From Antedon mediterranea (Eukaryota > Animalia > Echinodermata), in the NCBI RefSeq assembly GCF_964355755.1, contig NC_092673.1:8060001-8124000 (forward strand): 64,000 bases of DNA, read 5' to 3'. Positions within the stretch are counted from its first letter, which is position 1. Each line of letters opens with the position of its first letter. The notes under the pieces were generated by a model. It was given only the letters and a program-made list of their open reading frames with translations. It searched no databases and was not told the origin of the DNA. Shown here in pieces: positions 41,701-53,578 of the stretch. A program made the translations under genes and the position numbers.

Positions 41701-41942
41701 CAGGTGTTATTGTGGATTCCATGATCGATGAGTGTGTTACTAGGAAACTAGTGTTAGAATTAGAAAAGCTTGATATCGAAGGCAATGATCTCAGTAATAT
41801 CAAAGGTAGCTCACTTAATAAATTGCTGTCTATTGCCCCTAAATTAAGATACCTTAACATGGGAGGATGCAATGTACCTGATGATGTAGTTGATAATATG
41901 AGAAAACACTTCACTAGTGTAAGAGGTTTCTTTAACCATTAG
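20727..41942 (+). CDS. Paralogue B: tandem-DED / coiled-coil / TRADD-N-like / LRR protein (NLR-like but NACHT-less), ~933 aa
   Basis: Proposed exons 20727-20739 (ATG GCA GAA TCA G|GT, tentative), 29588-30121, 32306-33115, 33792-34007, 34426-34512, 35073-35123, 37300-37359, 39676-39768, 40231-40272, 41047-41942. All junctions are phase 1; the total is 2802 nt with no internal stop. Confidence 0.8.
21095..23445 (+). repeat. ~375-bp tandem duplication whose second unit is interrupted by a MITE
   Basis: TTTGAGGTCAAATAGGTCAAATTTG...GGTACGGAATTACAGG..AGAAACACT is repeated; unit 2 resumes at 23362. Confidence 0.8.
21766..23357. mobile_element. Non-autonomous DNA transposon, TTAA TSD, Kolobok-like (copy 1)
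   Basis: TTAA|AGGGGGGTTCCGGGTT ... AACCCAGAATCCCCCT|TTAA; highly similar to 25014-26593. Confidence 0.88.
24873..25009. mobile_element. 137-bp palindromic MITE flanked by TTAA
   Basis: GCTCTGTCAACACTATCAAACTTTATGTGAC..GTCACATAAAGTTTGATAGTGTAGACAGTGC; a half copy lies at ~45482-45545. Confidence 0.85.
25014..26593. mobile_element. Kolobok-like non-autonomous element (copy 2)
   Basis: Same termini and TTAA TSD as copy 1. Confidence 0.88.
26982..27633. mobile_element. Helentron/HINE-like repeat(s) with (GTCTGTCG)n microsatellite
   Basis: Microsatellite at 27525-27585 followed by GCACGCGACTTAATGGCTGTTGGCCTTGTT; AACAAG..CTTGTT ends. Confidence 0.5.
28217..29510 (+). mobile_element. Non-autonomous Helitron (copy X)
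   Basis: A|TC 5' end; 3' hairpin GATGGTACGCGAGCGAAGCGAGCGTGCCATCTAG|T; no TSD. Confidence 0.8.
29588..30121 (+). CDS. Tandem DED-like exon of copy B
   Basis: SFNKMLVCFSTWYD..LKVLYHDYI..MDLLNQLTSSGDLS and FTLHQLKILKFGNVLRKEDVDKI..WGLIIDLQYRQII; CTAG| acceptor, G|GTATG donor. Confidence 0.85.
30861..32136 (+). mobile_element. Non-autonomous Helitron (copy Y, 5'-truncated)
   Basis: Same family as X; ends ...GCGAAGCGAGCGTACCATCTAG|T. Confidence 0.8.
32306..33115 (+). CDS. Coiled-coil + TRADD-N-like exon of copy B
   Basis: Open 810-nt exon with LQSLQ repeats, then GCELKKLEHKCIIFHLVVLDPMALVNLKKMDQRGELLIRLSEILV. Confidence 0.85.
36790..37037 (+). mobile_element. Short LINE 3' remnant (Rex1-like)
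   Basis: HYVFDVLRSGRLFLSITSRTNR-like peptide; (AGAAT/TTGAA)n tail. Confidence 0.4.
37563..39005 (-). mobile_element. Non-autonomous Helitron (copy Z, full length, inverted)
   Basis: Reverse complement of X/Y with both termini present. Confidence 0.82.
41047..41942 (+). CDS. Terminal helical + RI-like LRR exon of copy B
   Basis: ORF 41097-41942 extends to the acceptor TTAAAG|; five LxxLxLxxN/C repeats. Confidence 0.88.
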
Positions 41943-42364
41943 CTATATCATGTAGCAACAGAATAAGTCCATGGCTGTATTATGGTTGTAAACTTCACCC
42001 ACATGTTGGTCTTCAAATGTTAAATCCTTATTGTTTTTTAATTTCGTTGAATGTAATACACACCTCATTCAAGATTTAAGATTCATATCACATTAATATA
42101 GATATGTATCCTTATAATATTGAAATACTGTACTATTTCAAATGTAACACTGTTAAAAGCTACTACAGTACTTTATTCATTGCCTTAAACCATAATGATA
42201 ACGAATGACCAATTTTATTTTAAACTGCTGTGTTTAAGTGGTAATGGATGTGCTTATATCCAAACCCAGTACTGTACTTATTCCTTGTATAATGTGCAAT
42301 AGTATATCTGAAGCATTGTTTTCATTACATTGTTATTTTATGTTATTTATTAAACTTTGTTTAA

Positions 42365-42699
42365 AGATGTATTGTTCCCCTGAAAAAATATTTTTTTATT
42401 TTTTTGTTGTTGAATATGCCATTTTAATGTCACATAATAGTTATCCACTTTGACCAAAAATTGGATCCAAACAAATTTAATTACCTGAAAAAATTGTAAT
42501 TTAAAGCAAAAAATGGTCAAATTGGCAGCCAGCTAATGAATTTTTGGTTGAATTTTACCATTTATTATGTTATTTTATAAAGTGAAAACATTATTTTTTT
42601 CTGTTTTTTTCTACGGAAGTGATTATCTTTATTAAAACTGCAAAATGGCCTATTTATTTATTAATCTTCATTTTTCATGCTTTTGGGGGACAATACATC
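42365..42699. mobile_element. Small TTAA-flanked MITE (Kolobok-like); further copies at ~50433-50730 (inverted) and ~50877-51070
   Basis: TTAA|AGATGTATTGTTCCCC ... GGGGACAATACATCT|TTAA; shared internal GTCACATAATAGTTA and TTACCTGAAAAAA. Confidence 0.7.
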
Positions 42700-45600
42700 T
42701 TTAATGAGGATGACTCAAAACAGTCTGACATGCAGGGAGGCCTTCAACACTTACTTACTTACAAATATGAAAATCGAGAAATAGAATAACAAAAAGGAAA
42801 AAAATAGGCTAATAGGGTGTACAAAATATTATGTATTTAATGATGGAAATAATATTATATCATTTGAAATTTAAAACCGAAATATATTTACCGATATAAT
42901 GATTACATTTTGTAAGACTGATTGTCAACAAAGAAAAGTGTTTTTATTTACTGAAAATATGTTAATATCTGTAAAAAAATATACAAATAATAATGATTTT
43001 ATCCATAATTCATTGTGGGTTGAAGTAAAACAAGTGTAAAATACTAATGCATAATAACTCCTAGAATGTTGGCCTATACTCTTCTTATTTTAACTAATAG
43101 TCAAAGGATGGGTTTTTTTATTGTTTAGTTATTGGTAATCATTGTATAGCATATGATAATATGGTATTGTCTGTTGTATGTAGACCTACGTCACACGTTT
43201 GAATAATGTTGTCACATTTTTTAATAGCCTATCACACGGTTATTATAAAGTAAAAGTACCGTACATTGTTTGTGTAATAATCGTTGCACTTAATCGTAAC
43301 GAACCTATTGACACAGTACTTTTTCTACTATTTTGACCGTTTCAGCAAAGTATTAACTGGGCGTGTACTGAATCGTTCTACATTTATAAATTTTATAATA
43401 GAATTTGACTTTCGGTCCCATTTTTTCTGTAATTTGCATAACCGTATTTTAGCGAGATTTATAAATATATATGCATTTTTGAATGGATGTTGCAATAATA
43501 AACACAATTCGTTTATTTTTTTTCTCACTAAATTCCACCGAGCCTTGCGTTCATTTTAACAATTTTCAGTTATTTACACGCCAAAACGTAGTCGAGACCA
43601 CTCTTTTTTACATGAGGGTACTCGAGCAAAGATGACGGACCTTGCGTAGGGCTACATTACAATGTTAAAAGATGACAACTCCTTAAAATTGACTCTCATT
43701 ATGAAAATCTCTCAGGTTTTACATAAGGAAAAATATATTAGAAAAACAAGAGTAATTTAAAAAAATATTCTGATAATTATACGATCTCCAATACAAGTAA
43801 AAACCCCAACTTTCATGTTTATTATCTTTGGCAGTGTAAGACGTATTTATTATATATGTATTAGACCTATGTATTATGATGTTTATTGTAATGTACAATG
43901 ATATTAGTTGAATATTATCTGTAGACTATTGTCTTCTTTGCTCTTCCTTAAAATAATTTGTTCATAATTTATCATATCTGAACTTTCTGTATTATCAGTT
44001 TAGCCAGTAATTCAAGTTACAACGCGTACATAGCAATGGTTAAAGTATTAATATGTTCCTTAGTTTACCTTGTGTTATTTGTACATTCCAGAAAAGCAAT
44101 ATTTTTATTACAAAATAAAGGTAGTCAGATTTTTCATTTTCTGTTTTTTTTTTAATAAATGGAAAAAGCATTCGATATCTTACAAGTCGTTACGAACACC
44201 GTTATTATAACACGAGATATATTGTAACACATATTTCTCACGTAAAGGTGGAACATGGATTATTAGCCATAATTACTGGGCAGGAAACCGATAGACCAAA
44301 GAGATAATAGCTTAATCATGGGTGTTTCGAAATAGTATTATCGAGCGGTTCAATTACCTGCCTTTACTCCGATTCATTGGTTTTTGTTAATTTACATACT
44401 TTATAACAGGTTTAGATTTTTCTTTTGTTAAGAAACTATTGTTCAAGTGACAAAAGCAAATAAGAAGGGAGTTTACTATTCACAACAAACCCTTATCATT
44501 TTATATTAACTACATTGTCCTGTCAATTATCAGATTTATGAATTAATGAAAATAATATATGTAATAGAGTAAAAAGACATTTTATTATTATGCGCTACCT
44601 TTAATTATGTATAATTTGTTTAATATTAGTGTGATAATCCTGTTTGTACCTACCTACTTTGTATGGTGTATTGATTTTGTGTTTGTTATATATTTTGTTG
44701 TTTTATATTTATTTATTTGAACAGGGAGTTGTCTAATAACAACTCCCTGATTTGAATAATAATAATGTAGGCCCCGGTAATAAATGTTTATATCTAGGGA
44801 TTCTCAATCATGGGCTGTTCTCTTGGGCCACGATAGCCTCTTTAAGAAGTAAAAAATGTTAATAAATGAATCAATAAATTACTGTTAGTTGTAATTCTAA
44901 AAATAACCAAACTTTTAGAAATCAATATTCTAAACTAACAATTCCAATTAATATCTTTATACAGGAATTAGAGTATTGCAAGCTTATCGTAATTGCTTTA
45001 AGAAGTCGAACTATATTAAGTACGACAATTAACATAATTATTCTAATTAACATTTTGTTTCTAATTTGGCCCTGAGATAAAATACACCCTTATGCATTTT
45101 AGAAGATGAAATAATTATACAAATAAATGTTAATGAGTTGAATGGTGAGAATATTTCATGATGATTAACTGTCCCATAGCGAGGCAATTAAAGTGGAATA
45201 GTCAATCTTCCAACAAATACAAACATTCATTTTTTGTTTTATGTATACACGTACTAAGAATTATAGTAACAACGCTTTTTTTTAGGCCAGGCCGGCTTTC
45301 TGCCTTCCTTCTTACTGTAGCTATACGAACAATTACAAGCGAAAATGATCTATAGACTGACACGACTATCGCATTTTACCCTGAAAAAGGCCGGCCTGCG
45401 ATTTTGTTCGTGTGCAAAGAAAGAGGGGAAATTGTTTTTATAAAAGCTGAACGTGCATTAGAACCATTATTTATCATCATTACTCCGTCTACACTATTAA
45501 AACTAGTTTGACAAAAAAGTGTGATGTGCCCAAATATGGCAGTGCATTTCAATCAAATAAAGTAGAACCCGTATTAATGGTACACCTTCGGGCCCAACAA

Positions 45601-46458
45601 ATGTTCCCCTTATGAGTGTTCCCTGAATAGGATTACCCCTATTCACTGGACTCTAACTAAAAAACTGAAATATTCTTCCTAATATTGGTTTTCGCGGGAA
45701 AAGCATAAAACAAATAAACCAACAATAATAACTAAACTCAAGATTGAGGATTGAAATTTAGTAGGCAACGTTTCAATATCAAAACTATCAAGCCAGAGAA
45801 ACTATCATTGTTATTATGGTATCCATTTTAATATAAATATAACAATATAAATTAATACAATTTGTTGATGTTTTTTCATAAGTAGTTATATTGATTATTA
45901 AAAAAACAGAAGACCATAATGAGTTATATACATATATTTTATCAATAAAATAATACACATGGAATAAATTATCACCATAGAAAACAGTAACACATGTATA
46001 GTTGGGCAGTGTTACAACTTTCTTTTTATTTATGATACAGGTAGGTCGTATCAATTTTGATGTATGCTCCATCTACGTCGTTTATATAAATATCATTGTT
46101 ATACGAAAAGACTTTAATATTTACTATATAGCCTATAATAAAATAATGTCAATAATAATAAAAATTACAATAATTTCATGTATACATTTGTTTATATACA
46201 CTATAAACATTTAACAAAACCAAACCAATGAATTTTCAAACATTGGGGGAAAACAGCAACTCGGTTTGTTGATCAACTTGACACGTAAAATAATCAACAT
46301 ACATACAGACATCGTCTGCCATTTTTCAAAAGTCGGTAGGCCTAGATATTTATTTCCTGTAATAACAAGAGAGGGACCACTGCAAATAATCACTCATTGT
46401 GCTAACCATCAATAATTAAAACTATGATTATTGTTTTGGCTGTCTGAGAATACTGTCC

Positions 46459-48071
46459 TTAGGCTAATTGTCGTTTGTGCTCTTTCACAAATCGTCTGCA
46501 CTGTCGTTTGTCCTCTTTGTTTTCCATCCGTTTGCAGGAATCCATCTCATCTGTAAGACTCTGGTGCCACAGACAACATTTTTTTAACATCATTCGAGAT
46601 GACTTTGAAGGATAACAACTCTCCACCTTTTCTATCAGGTCATGTTGTTCAGTCAGTAGTTTATTGAACTTCTTTCTGCGATGAGCTTTGTCAATTTTTT
46701 CTCCCGCTACCAGCATTAAGTCGATGTTACAGAACATTAATTCATCCGCAACATTTTTGCCAACTCTACAGCACTTCTTTAGATTGTATCTTTTACTTTT
46801 GGTTTTAGAAACTTCTTCAAATGTGTCATGTTCTATTTTATTTATGATAGCTTCGGCATCGACGTTTATCAACCTATTGGTCTTGCTATCGTCAAACTCA
46901 ATTAATTCGTTTACCACAACTACTGTAAATAATAATAATGAATGCAGGATGAATTTTAATTATTAGACTTACTTACAGTTGGTTATATGATGGTAATTTT
47001 CAGTAATTTTAAGAGATTTTAACAGAAAGAAACGTTTGTGCAACAATATTTCCAATATAACTTGTTTTTTTTTCCTATAGTCATTAATGAATTTAATTTT
47101 ATTTTTTATTTTATGTCTTTAGGCAATGTGGCCAAGGATTAATTAAGAATTAATCACTGTCCTATCAGATAGGTGGTAATCCCCCTGATACAGGGGCTAT
47201 TGTGTGAACCAGTTCACCGGGGTAACCCCCTACTCTTTTTCGTAAAATGAACTGGGTTCTTTAAAGTACACACAGGTTATAACTGTGTACACTGGACCTA
47301 CGGTTTATAGTCCTTATCCGAGAAGACTTGTTCCACCACCAGAACTAGGAGCGAGTCGGCCTCGAACCCTTGCCGATGTTGTTGTTGGCTCTTTAGGTAC
47401 GGTAAACGGCGCCCCTGCCTTAACCGCTCGGCCATGACTCGAATGTGTAATGTCTTATTTTGTGCAAACAAAGTAAGTAAATGCTAGAAAGCGTATGAAT
47501 AAATGAATTATAATTCTCTGTATCATCAATTCGAACAATGACGACGTCATTACGACATTACGTACGGTAATAAAATAATACTAAACGAGGTTCATTATAG
47601 CTCATTACGGGGAATATGTTAACATTACTAATGCTTCTCTTATTATTAATTTTTATTTGCATCGCTGGTATACTTAGTAGTTATCGTTAATACAGTAGTC
47701 TTTAAATAACTGATTTATAGTTTTCAAGAAAAAGATTTTAAGCCACGCCATAATTATTATGAAAAGTTCTATTTTGAAAAAAACCTATTTGTGTTGCTAA
47801 TTATAAAATACTCAACCAAATAGTATCGGATTAACAGCACAGTATACTAAAACAATGTTCACATGTTATAGTAGAAAATACTATTACAATTTTTTAACAG
47901 ATTTATATTAGATTTCTTCCACTTAATTAAAAAAAACAAGTTTATAAAATATAAAATATGTTATTTTTTCAATATCAACAAGTAGGCCTAGATATATGAC
48001 TTACCACTCGAAATAGATGACACGCCAAATGTTAGAACAATCACTATCAGAATTACAGTAGACCGGTTCAT
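46459..48071 (-). CDS. Secreted Cys-rich precursor protein (~176 aa) with an anaphylatoxin-like CC..C..C..CC pattern
   Basis: Exon 1 48071-48005 encodes the signal peptide MNRSTVILIVIVLTFGVSSISS (G|GTAAG). Exon 2 46922-46459 (TTTACAG|) is in frame: acidic pro-region, KSKR, then a basic Cys-rich domain. Confidence 0.8.
47140..47441 (-). mobile_element. tRNA-derived SINE with Deu/Nin-type core (intronic)
   Basis: A box TGGCCGAGCGG and B box GGTTCGAGGCC, then GGATAAGGACTATAAACCGTAGGTCC..TTAAAGAACCC..AAGAGTAGGGG..CCCCGGTG. Confidence 0.8.
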
Positions 48072-48159
48072 CTTCTAAGTTTGTAATAATTATAGTCTAG
48101 ACGTTCAATTCTTGGTTTCGTGATCTCCTGGCTTGTGTTCGTCTAACTGCGGGTCTTGT

Positions 48160-48170
48160 TCCTTTATAAT
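48160..48170 (-). promoter_or_regulatory. TATA box of the secreted-protein gene
   Basis: TATAAAGG on the minus strand ~90 bp upstream of the ATG. Confidence 0.45.
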
Positions 48171-49254
48171 ACGTGACACTTTATAAGTACCACTTTCTAT
48201 ACGTGCTATTATTGAAATAGTAAAATAGAAATCGTAACCGACCAATCAAATGAGCCAGCTAAAAACAAGGGAGTTGTGTAACAATACGGATAAGACAGGT
48301 TAACAATAATAAAAAGAACTATGATGGGATTTGTGGTAAACACCTATAGAATAATTACACCTTAATTAAACACACTGATTTTCTGAGTCAATTGATCTTT
48401 TTAGTTTGTGTGGGAAATTTGACATGTTATTGACACATCTTGGAAATTAGAAATGTGTGTAACATCTGTTGCATTTCTGTTGCTCTTGTAAAATTACTAG
48501 AACAAAACAATTTCAGAGTTAACATTAGGGCCCAATGAATGTGTTTGAACACATTAGATAACATTTCTACATTATTATCGTATATCGTAAAAATTAGAGT
48601 ATTCATGGGCTTCTCTGGAACTATTTATATTTGTTTAATTTTTAACAAAGCAATCTGAAATTGCAAGACAAGTCAAAAGCGTTAATCAAGACTTTTTGAC
48701 AGTCAGATAATATGTAGGCCTATATTTAATTATGGATGTTGAAAAAGTTAAGGAATGGCTATTTTTGTGGGAAACCACTTTAAATTCGAAATCAGTACCT
48801 ATTTTTAATTGGTTTAAGCTTTTTGGTTAGGCCCTATTATTATTTATTCTTTCTTGAAATCACATGGCAACACATAGAAACCAGCTGTGTTAATAATTTA
48901 ATCCGACTCTTTTAGACCTCAATTCATTAAATCGGATAGCTCTCACTCCACCCTAAGTTCCTAGCTTCAATGCTAACGTTTGTTTTGAATTTCAATAGGG
49001 CTAGCCTATATCAACTGGACACACCCACCATAAAAAAAACCTTCTTTCTTACAAAAAAAAAGTTTACTTAGGCATACACACATTTATCTTACTAAAATGC
49101 AGGCCTATTTTGACCTAATATTTTAATAAAGATAACAAATCATTTAACTATACCTGATTTTGATATGACAATTTAGAATCATTTTCGGATATTAGTTATT
49201 ATCAATAAGAAAGGTTTTACTTATTTTATCCGTAGCGTAGCATTATCTAATAAT

Positions 49255-50432
49255 AATTAGTTACAGTCTGATAACTCATGTTTCCTTTTTTTCTCTTTTC
49301 TTTAGTATATTCTTTCTGTAATTTTTGTGTATCGCGTATCTCTAAAACCTGTCAACATAACTATGTAAAGATATGTACATCATTTACGTGAAGTTGTGCA
49401 CCTCCTATTGAAATGACGTCAGAGTTGCGCAACATGACTTACGCGCGATTTTTATGAATTGGTAAAGGTATAATTTATATCAGAGGCCAACTTTTTGTAA
49501 AATAAAAATGACATGTTTTACAAAAAATTAAAGCGTACACGCGCATTTAAAATTTGAAAATGAGCAAAATTTATTTTTATATCACTTTCTAAAAAAATTC
49601 CCACGCACGCGCACTTTTTATGCGTACGGAATGTAAAAAGCATGTTTTTTTCACTTGAATTATATTTTTCCTGCCTTTTCTAGTTATTTTGAAAAAATAT
49701 TGAAATCACGCCTTACGAACACGTTGAATTAGAAAATTATTTGCTCGCGTTTTAGTTTTCTGAAAAAGTTGTCAAAATTAAAAAATATTATCAAGGTGAT
49801 AAAGGTGACCCCCAATTTTTTTAACTTATTATGAAATGAATTCATGCAAAATTGTTACCTCTCGGATGTTATGACGTCGAATATAAAAAAAATAGGATGT
49901 TTGTCTCTTTCGTCATAGCTGCTTATCTCGCTTATTAGCTGTTGAATTGTAAATGTGAATTCATGTAAAAATTTGCCTTCGGATGTTGTGACGTCATTAT
50001 ATGGCCAGTTGAAGCAAAAAGGTCGAATTTTCATCTTTTGCGTCACAATTAAAAGAGCGCGCATTTTCTACGTATTCGAATCTCTTCAACATGTTAATTT
50101 ATTGTTACCAGAGAGGTATATACAATTTTTGGTTGTTACTCAGACAATTTTCTTCCGAAATTGCTATCGTTGTGTTACATTTTGATGACGTCATCATGTT
50201 AAAAATTAGAATAAAAGGCGTTTCTCGTAATTTCACCTATGCTATGTAGTATGTATACTATATAGGGCCTATAGTATAACTGTAATACTCAGACACAAAA
50301 CATATATTTTATTTTCATCAGGTCATAATGGCGTGCATAATCTTTTTCTGTGCGCAATATACTAACGTATGTGTGCACGTGGCGTTTGTCGTGCGGATAA
50401 CTAACTCGTCAAAGTGACGAGTTCAAATCTAA
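49255..50432. mobile_element. Probable Helentron-like non-autonomous element
   Basis: Subterminal hairpin AACTCGTCAAAGTGACGAGTT; internal TGACGTCA-containing duplications. Confidence 0.4.
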
Positions 50433-51299
50433 TTAAAGTCATATTGTCCCGCTCCCCTAAACATGAAAAGTAAAGATTATTAAATTTATATTTTTGAGGC
50501 CATTTTGTAGTTTTAAAAGTTAATCACTTTAAAAGAAAAAAAGATTAAAACAATTCGTTCACTTATAAAAAGATAAATAAATTCACTCTATTGCTTTAAA
50601 TTACAGTTTTTTTCGGGTAAATAATTTTTTATTTTCCGATATAGGTTTTGATAGTGAATACTAACTATTATGTGACATTAAAATTGCCTATTCAACAAAA
50701 AAATGTTTTCAGGGGGACAATAATCTTTAAGTAGTGTATAGCCTACAGATATGGGTGTGCTTATTGTTGGAAATAATATAAAACATTATAACAAATTTGT
50801 AATCTATATAAATAAACACTATTAAACAAGAAATATTTCTTACAAAAAACGCTGCTCGCTTATTGACGTAACAGTTTTAAAGATATATTGTCCCTCTGAA
50901 AAATATTTAATGTGTCATTTTATTGTCACATAATAGTTATTTTACCTGAAAAAATGTAATTTAATGCAAAAAATACTTAAATTGTCTGTCAGACAATGGT
51001 TTTTGAGTTATAATTAAACGTTTATTTTCTTTTTTTTTATATTATGTGAACAAATACTATTTTTTTGTTAAAGAGTCTGTGTTTCATATCTGTCACTTCA
51101 GTTTATTTTACTCATAAATACCACAAATGCTTTGGGATTTGTCATTAAACCGTAGACTCTTTCCCAGACGTTTTTTGGTGTTACCTATAAATTACAGTTG
51201 AGTGTACATTTTAGCAAAACTGCAACCATAGATATTATAACTGCTGCTTTACTTTCGGTCATCCTCCTTGGACGAAGCGGGCTAAAGCAGCAGCGTGAA

Positions 51300-51800
51300 A
51301 ACATGTGCACATTTTGTTGTGTACTCTAGAAATTAATGTGCTCAGCTCCTGCGGTTGAATTTCATTGGTTGGTTTTCCAGGAATTGTGAAAACGCCACCA
51401 TCGTGAGCCGTAATAAAGTGACTGTTCACGACAACCAATTATCACGTGAAATCACGAAATCACTGTACATTTTTCGGGAAGGGGAGGGAAAGCCTGTTTC
51501 TTTAATATTAATTACATACTAGGATAGGCCCTACTCCTAGCCTAGGCTAAATTAATACGGCGTGTATACTAGATTCCGGCAGAATGGACGCTTAGGCTAA
51601 CAAAGAGTAAGACTAACTAAGAGTACTTACTTAGCTAGGCTAGGTCATGGCAGGGCCTCTGTCTGTGTAGCCTAGTACTAGTAGAATTATGCTAGGCCTC
51701 TAGGCCAAATATTGACACAACAACGAACGAGGGCCAGGCCTATTGATATAGGCTACTAGAGTAATAATACTAGCTAGGCTAGGCTACCACACTCACTACA
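51300..51800 (+). promoter_or_regulatory. Probable promoter / 5' region of the CISD3-like gene
   Basis: CCAAT boxes, E-box TCACGTGA (51442), raised CpG content, CTAG-rich tract downstream. Confidence 0.4.
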
Positions 51801-52573
51801 CTGACATGCCCATTAATTAATTCCACTCACTGGAAGATTGTCTGTTGCTGCTGCTGACTGGTACACTGATCAATAATAGCGGTTAATAATATAAAATATT
51901 GGCTGGGTTAGAATAGATAGATCCAAGGCCACATTTAAGGAGGTCTACTTACTAACTACTACAGGCCTTTTCTTTTGAGGTGAGCGAGTGCGATAACTCA
52001 CCTAACACACTCCTAAACTGCCCTTGAGGAGTGTGATTTACAACACACTACTTAAATTTAGTAAACTTCTACACACCAAAATACAAACGGCACACCTACA
52101 GCACCCCTGAATGTAATGAGGAGTGCAATTTGTAGCACACCTACAATTTTAAAATGACAAGGCCTTCTACTACTAGTAGTAGTAGTAGTAGTAGTAGTGC
52201 TACTACCACAGTCTATATAGTCAGGACAACGCTTTAACGATCATATGATGAATGGATACTAGATGCCAAACATACAATTTCAGTTATATTATAAAGGAAT
52301 TTAAAAGATAGCAGTGACCTCGGTGACCATTCCATATTAAGTGTAATCTTAGACAAACATTTATTAGTTAGGCATTCAGAGTTCAGCATCATTGATGCAG
52401 GCTGAGTCCTCAAAGAAACAGCAAAGTCATTGTTTACACACTACAAACAGCATGATCGTTAAACCCTTTGTTATATGCCTAGAAAATTAATAAGAACTTT
52501 GTAAAATGCTGACTCTTATTATTGTGTTTTATTGCAGGCTACCATGAACTGAATCATTTATTATATTATTTAA

Positions 52574-53578
52574 ATGGCTGAAGAAGGCAAATCAGAGACT
52601 CCTAAGCGATACCCTGCAGTATATCAGGTATATAATAATCAAATTATGGAGGCCTAGCTTTATTATTATTATTGATATTATTTATATTTAGGCCTAGGTA
52701 TTTAATCTTTGGTAATAACAAATATTGCAGAGTAAGGTAAGCCTTTTCTGACTTATGTTTTATACGGTAGCTTTTCTCTTGGAAACTGATTTTTAGTTAT
52801 ACAGTACAACAACCACAGAATGTTTGTAACTTAATTGTCGCTTCTTGTTTTCCTTTGTTTTTTTGTGGTTTCACATCTCCAATATCTATATGCTACCTAT
52901 TTATTTTATTTTTTATATATTATTATAATATGTATTGTAATACGCACGCACTTATCGATTTTGCTATAGACAATTTTTAACTAAATGCACAGTTGACCGT
53001 ACAGATAGCCTCTATAGTGCGAGTGTGTCTCGTTAAATCATAGTTTGCTAACATTTCAGTATGGACCACATACCGTTAGAGGATTAAAACCTGGTGAGAA
53101 GAAAAAATGGTGTACTTGTGGACTGAGTAAAAAAGATCCATGGTGTGATGGTAACTAAATCATTTATTCTACACATTTCAAATACTGCTATACTGCTATG
53201 CTTTAACTAATATCTCTTCGTGCTGCTTTTGTTTTATTTATCTATCCGAACTTTTATTCTTCGTCTTTTTAATATTCATTTCATCATACAGTAGTAAATA
53301 AATTAATGGCATATATTCTTACACCTTTCATTTCACTATTATCAGATTCTCACAAAGGCACAGGCTTTGTACCCTTGCTTTGGACTGTCCCTGACAAACC
53401 ACAAACGCTTTATCAAATATGCTCATGCAAGTACACAACGAAGCCACCATATTGTGATGGAACTCACATCAATCTTCCGTGTGACGTTCTTGATCGTCAG
53501 AGAGATTGTAAGAAAAATAAAGAACATAGTAACTGTAGAAAGCTTTGTACAAATTGTGGGTACGTTCCTGACTTTTGA
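52574..53578 (+). CDS. CISD3: CDGSH iron-sulfur domain protein 3-like (MiNT/NEET), isoform a, 125 aa
   Basis: Exons 52574-52627, 53060-53150, 53346-53578. Motifs CTCGLSKKDPWCDDSH and CSCKYTTKPPYCDGTH; C-terminal C..H..C..LC..CG; AATAAA at ~53583 and ~53664. Confidence 0.88.

Noticed and set aside
47330-47441. tRNA gene
   Set aside because: A/B boxes are present but there is no cloverleaf and it is fused to a SINE core.
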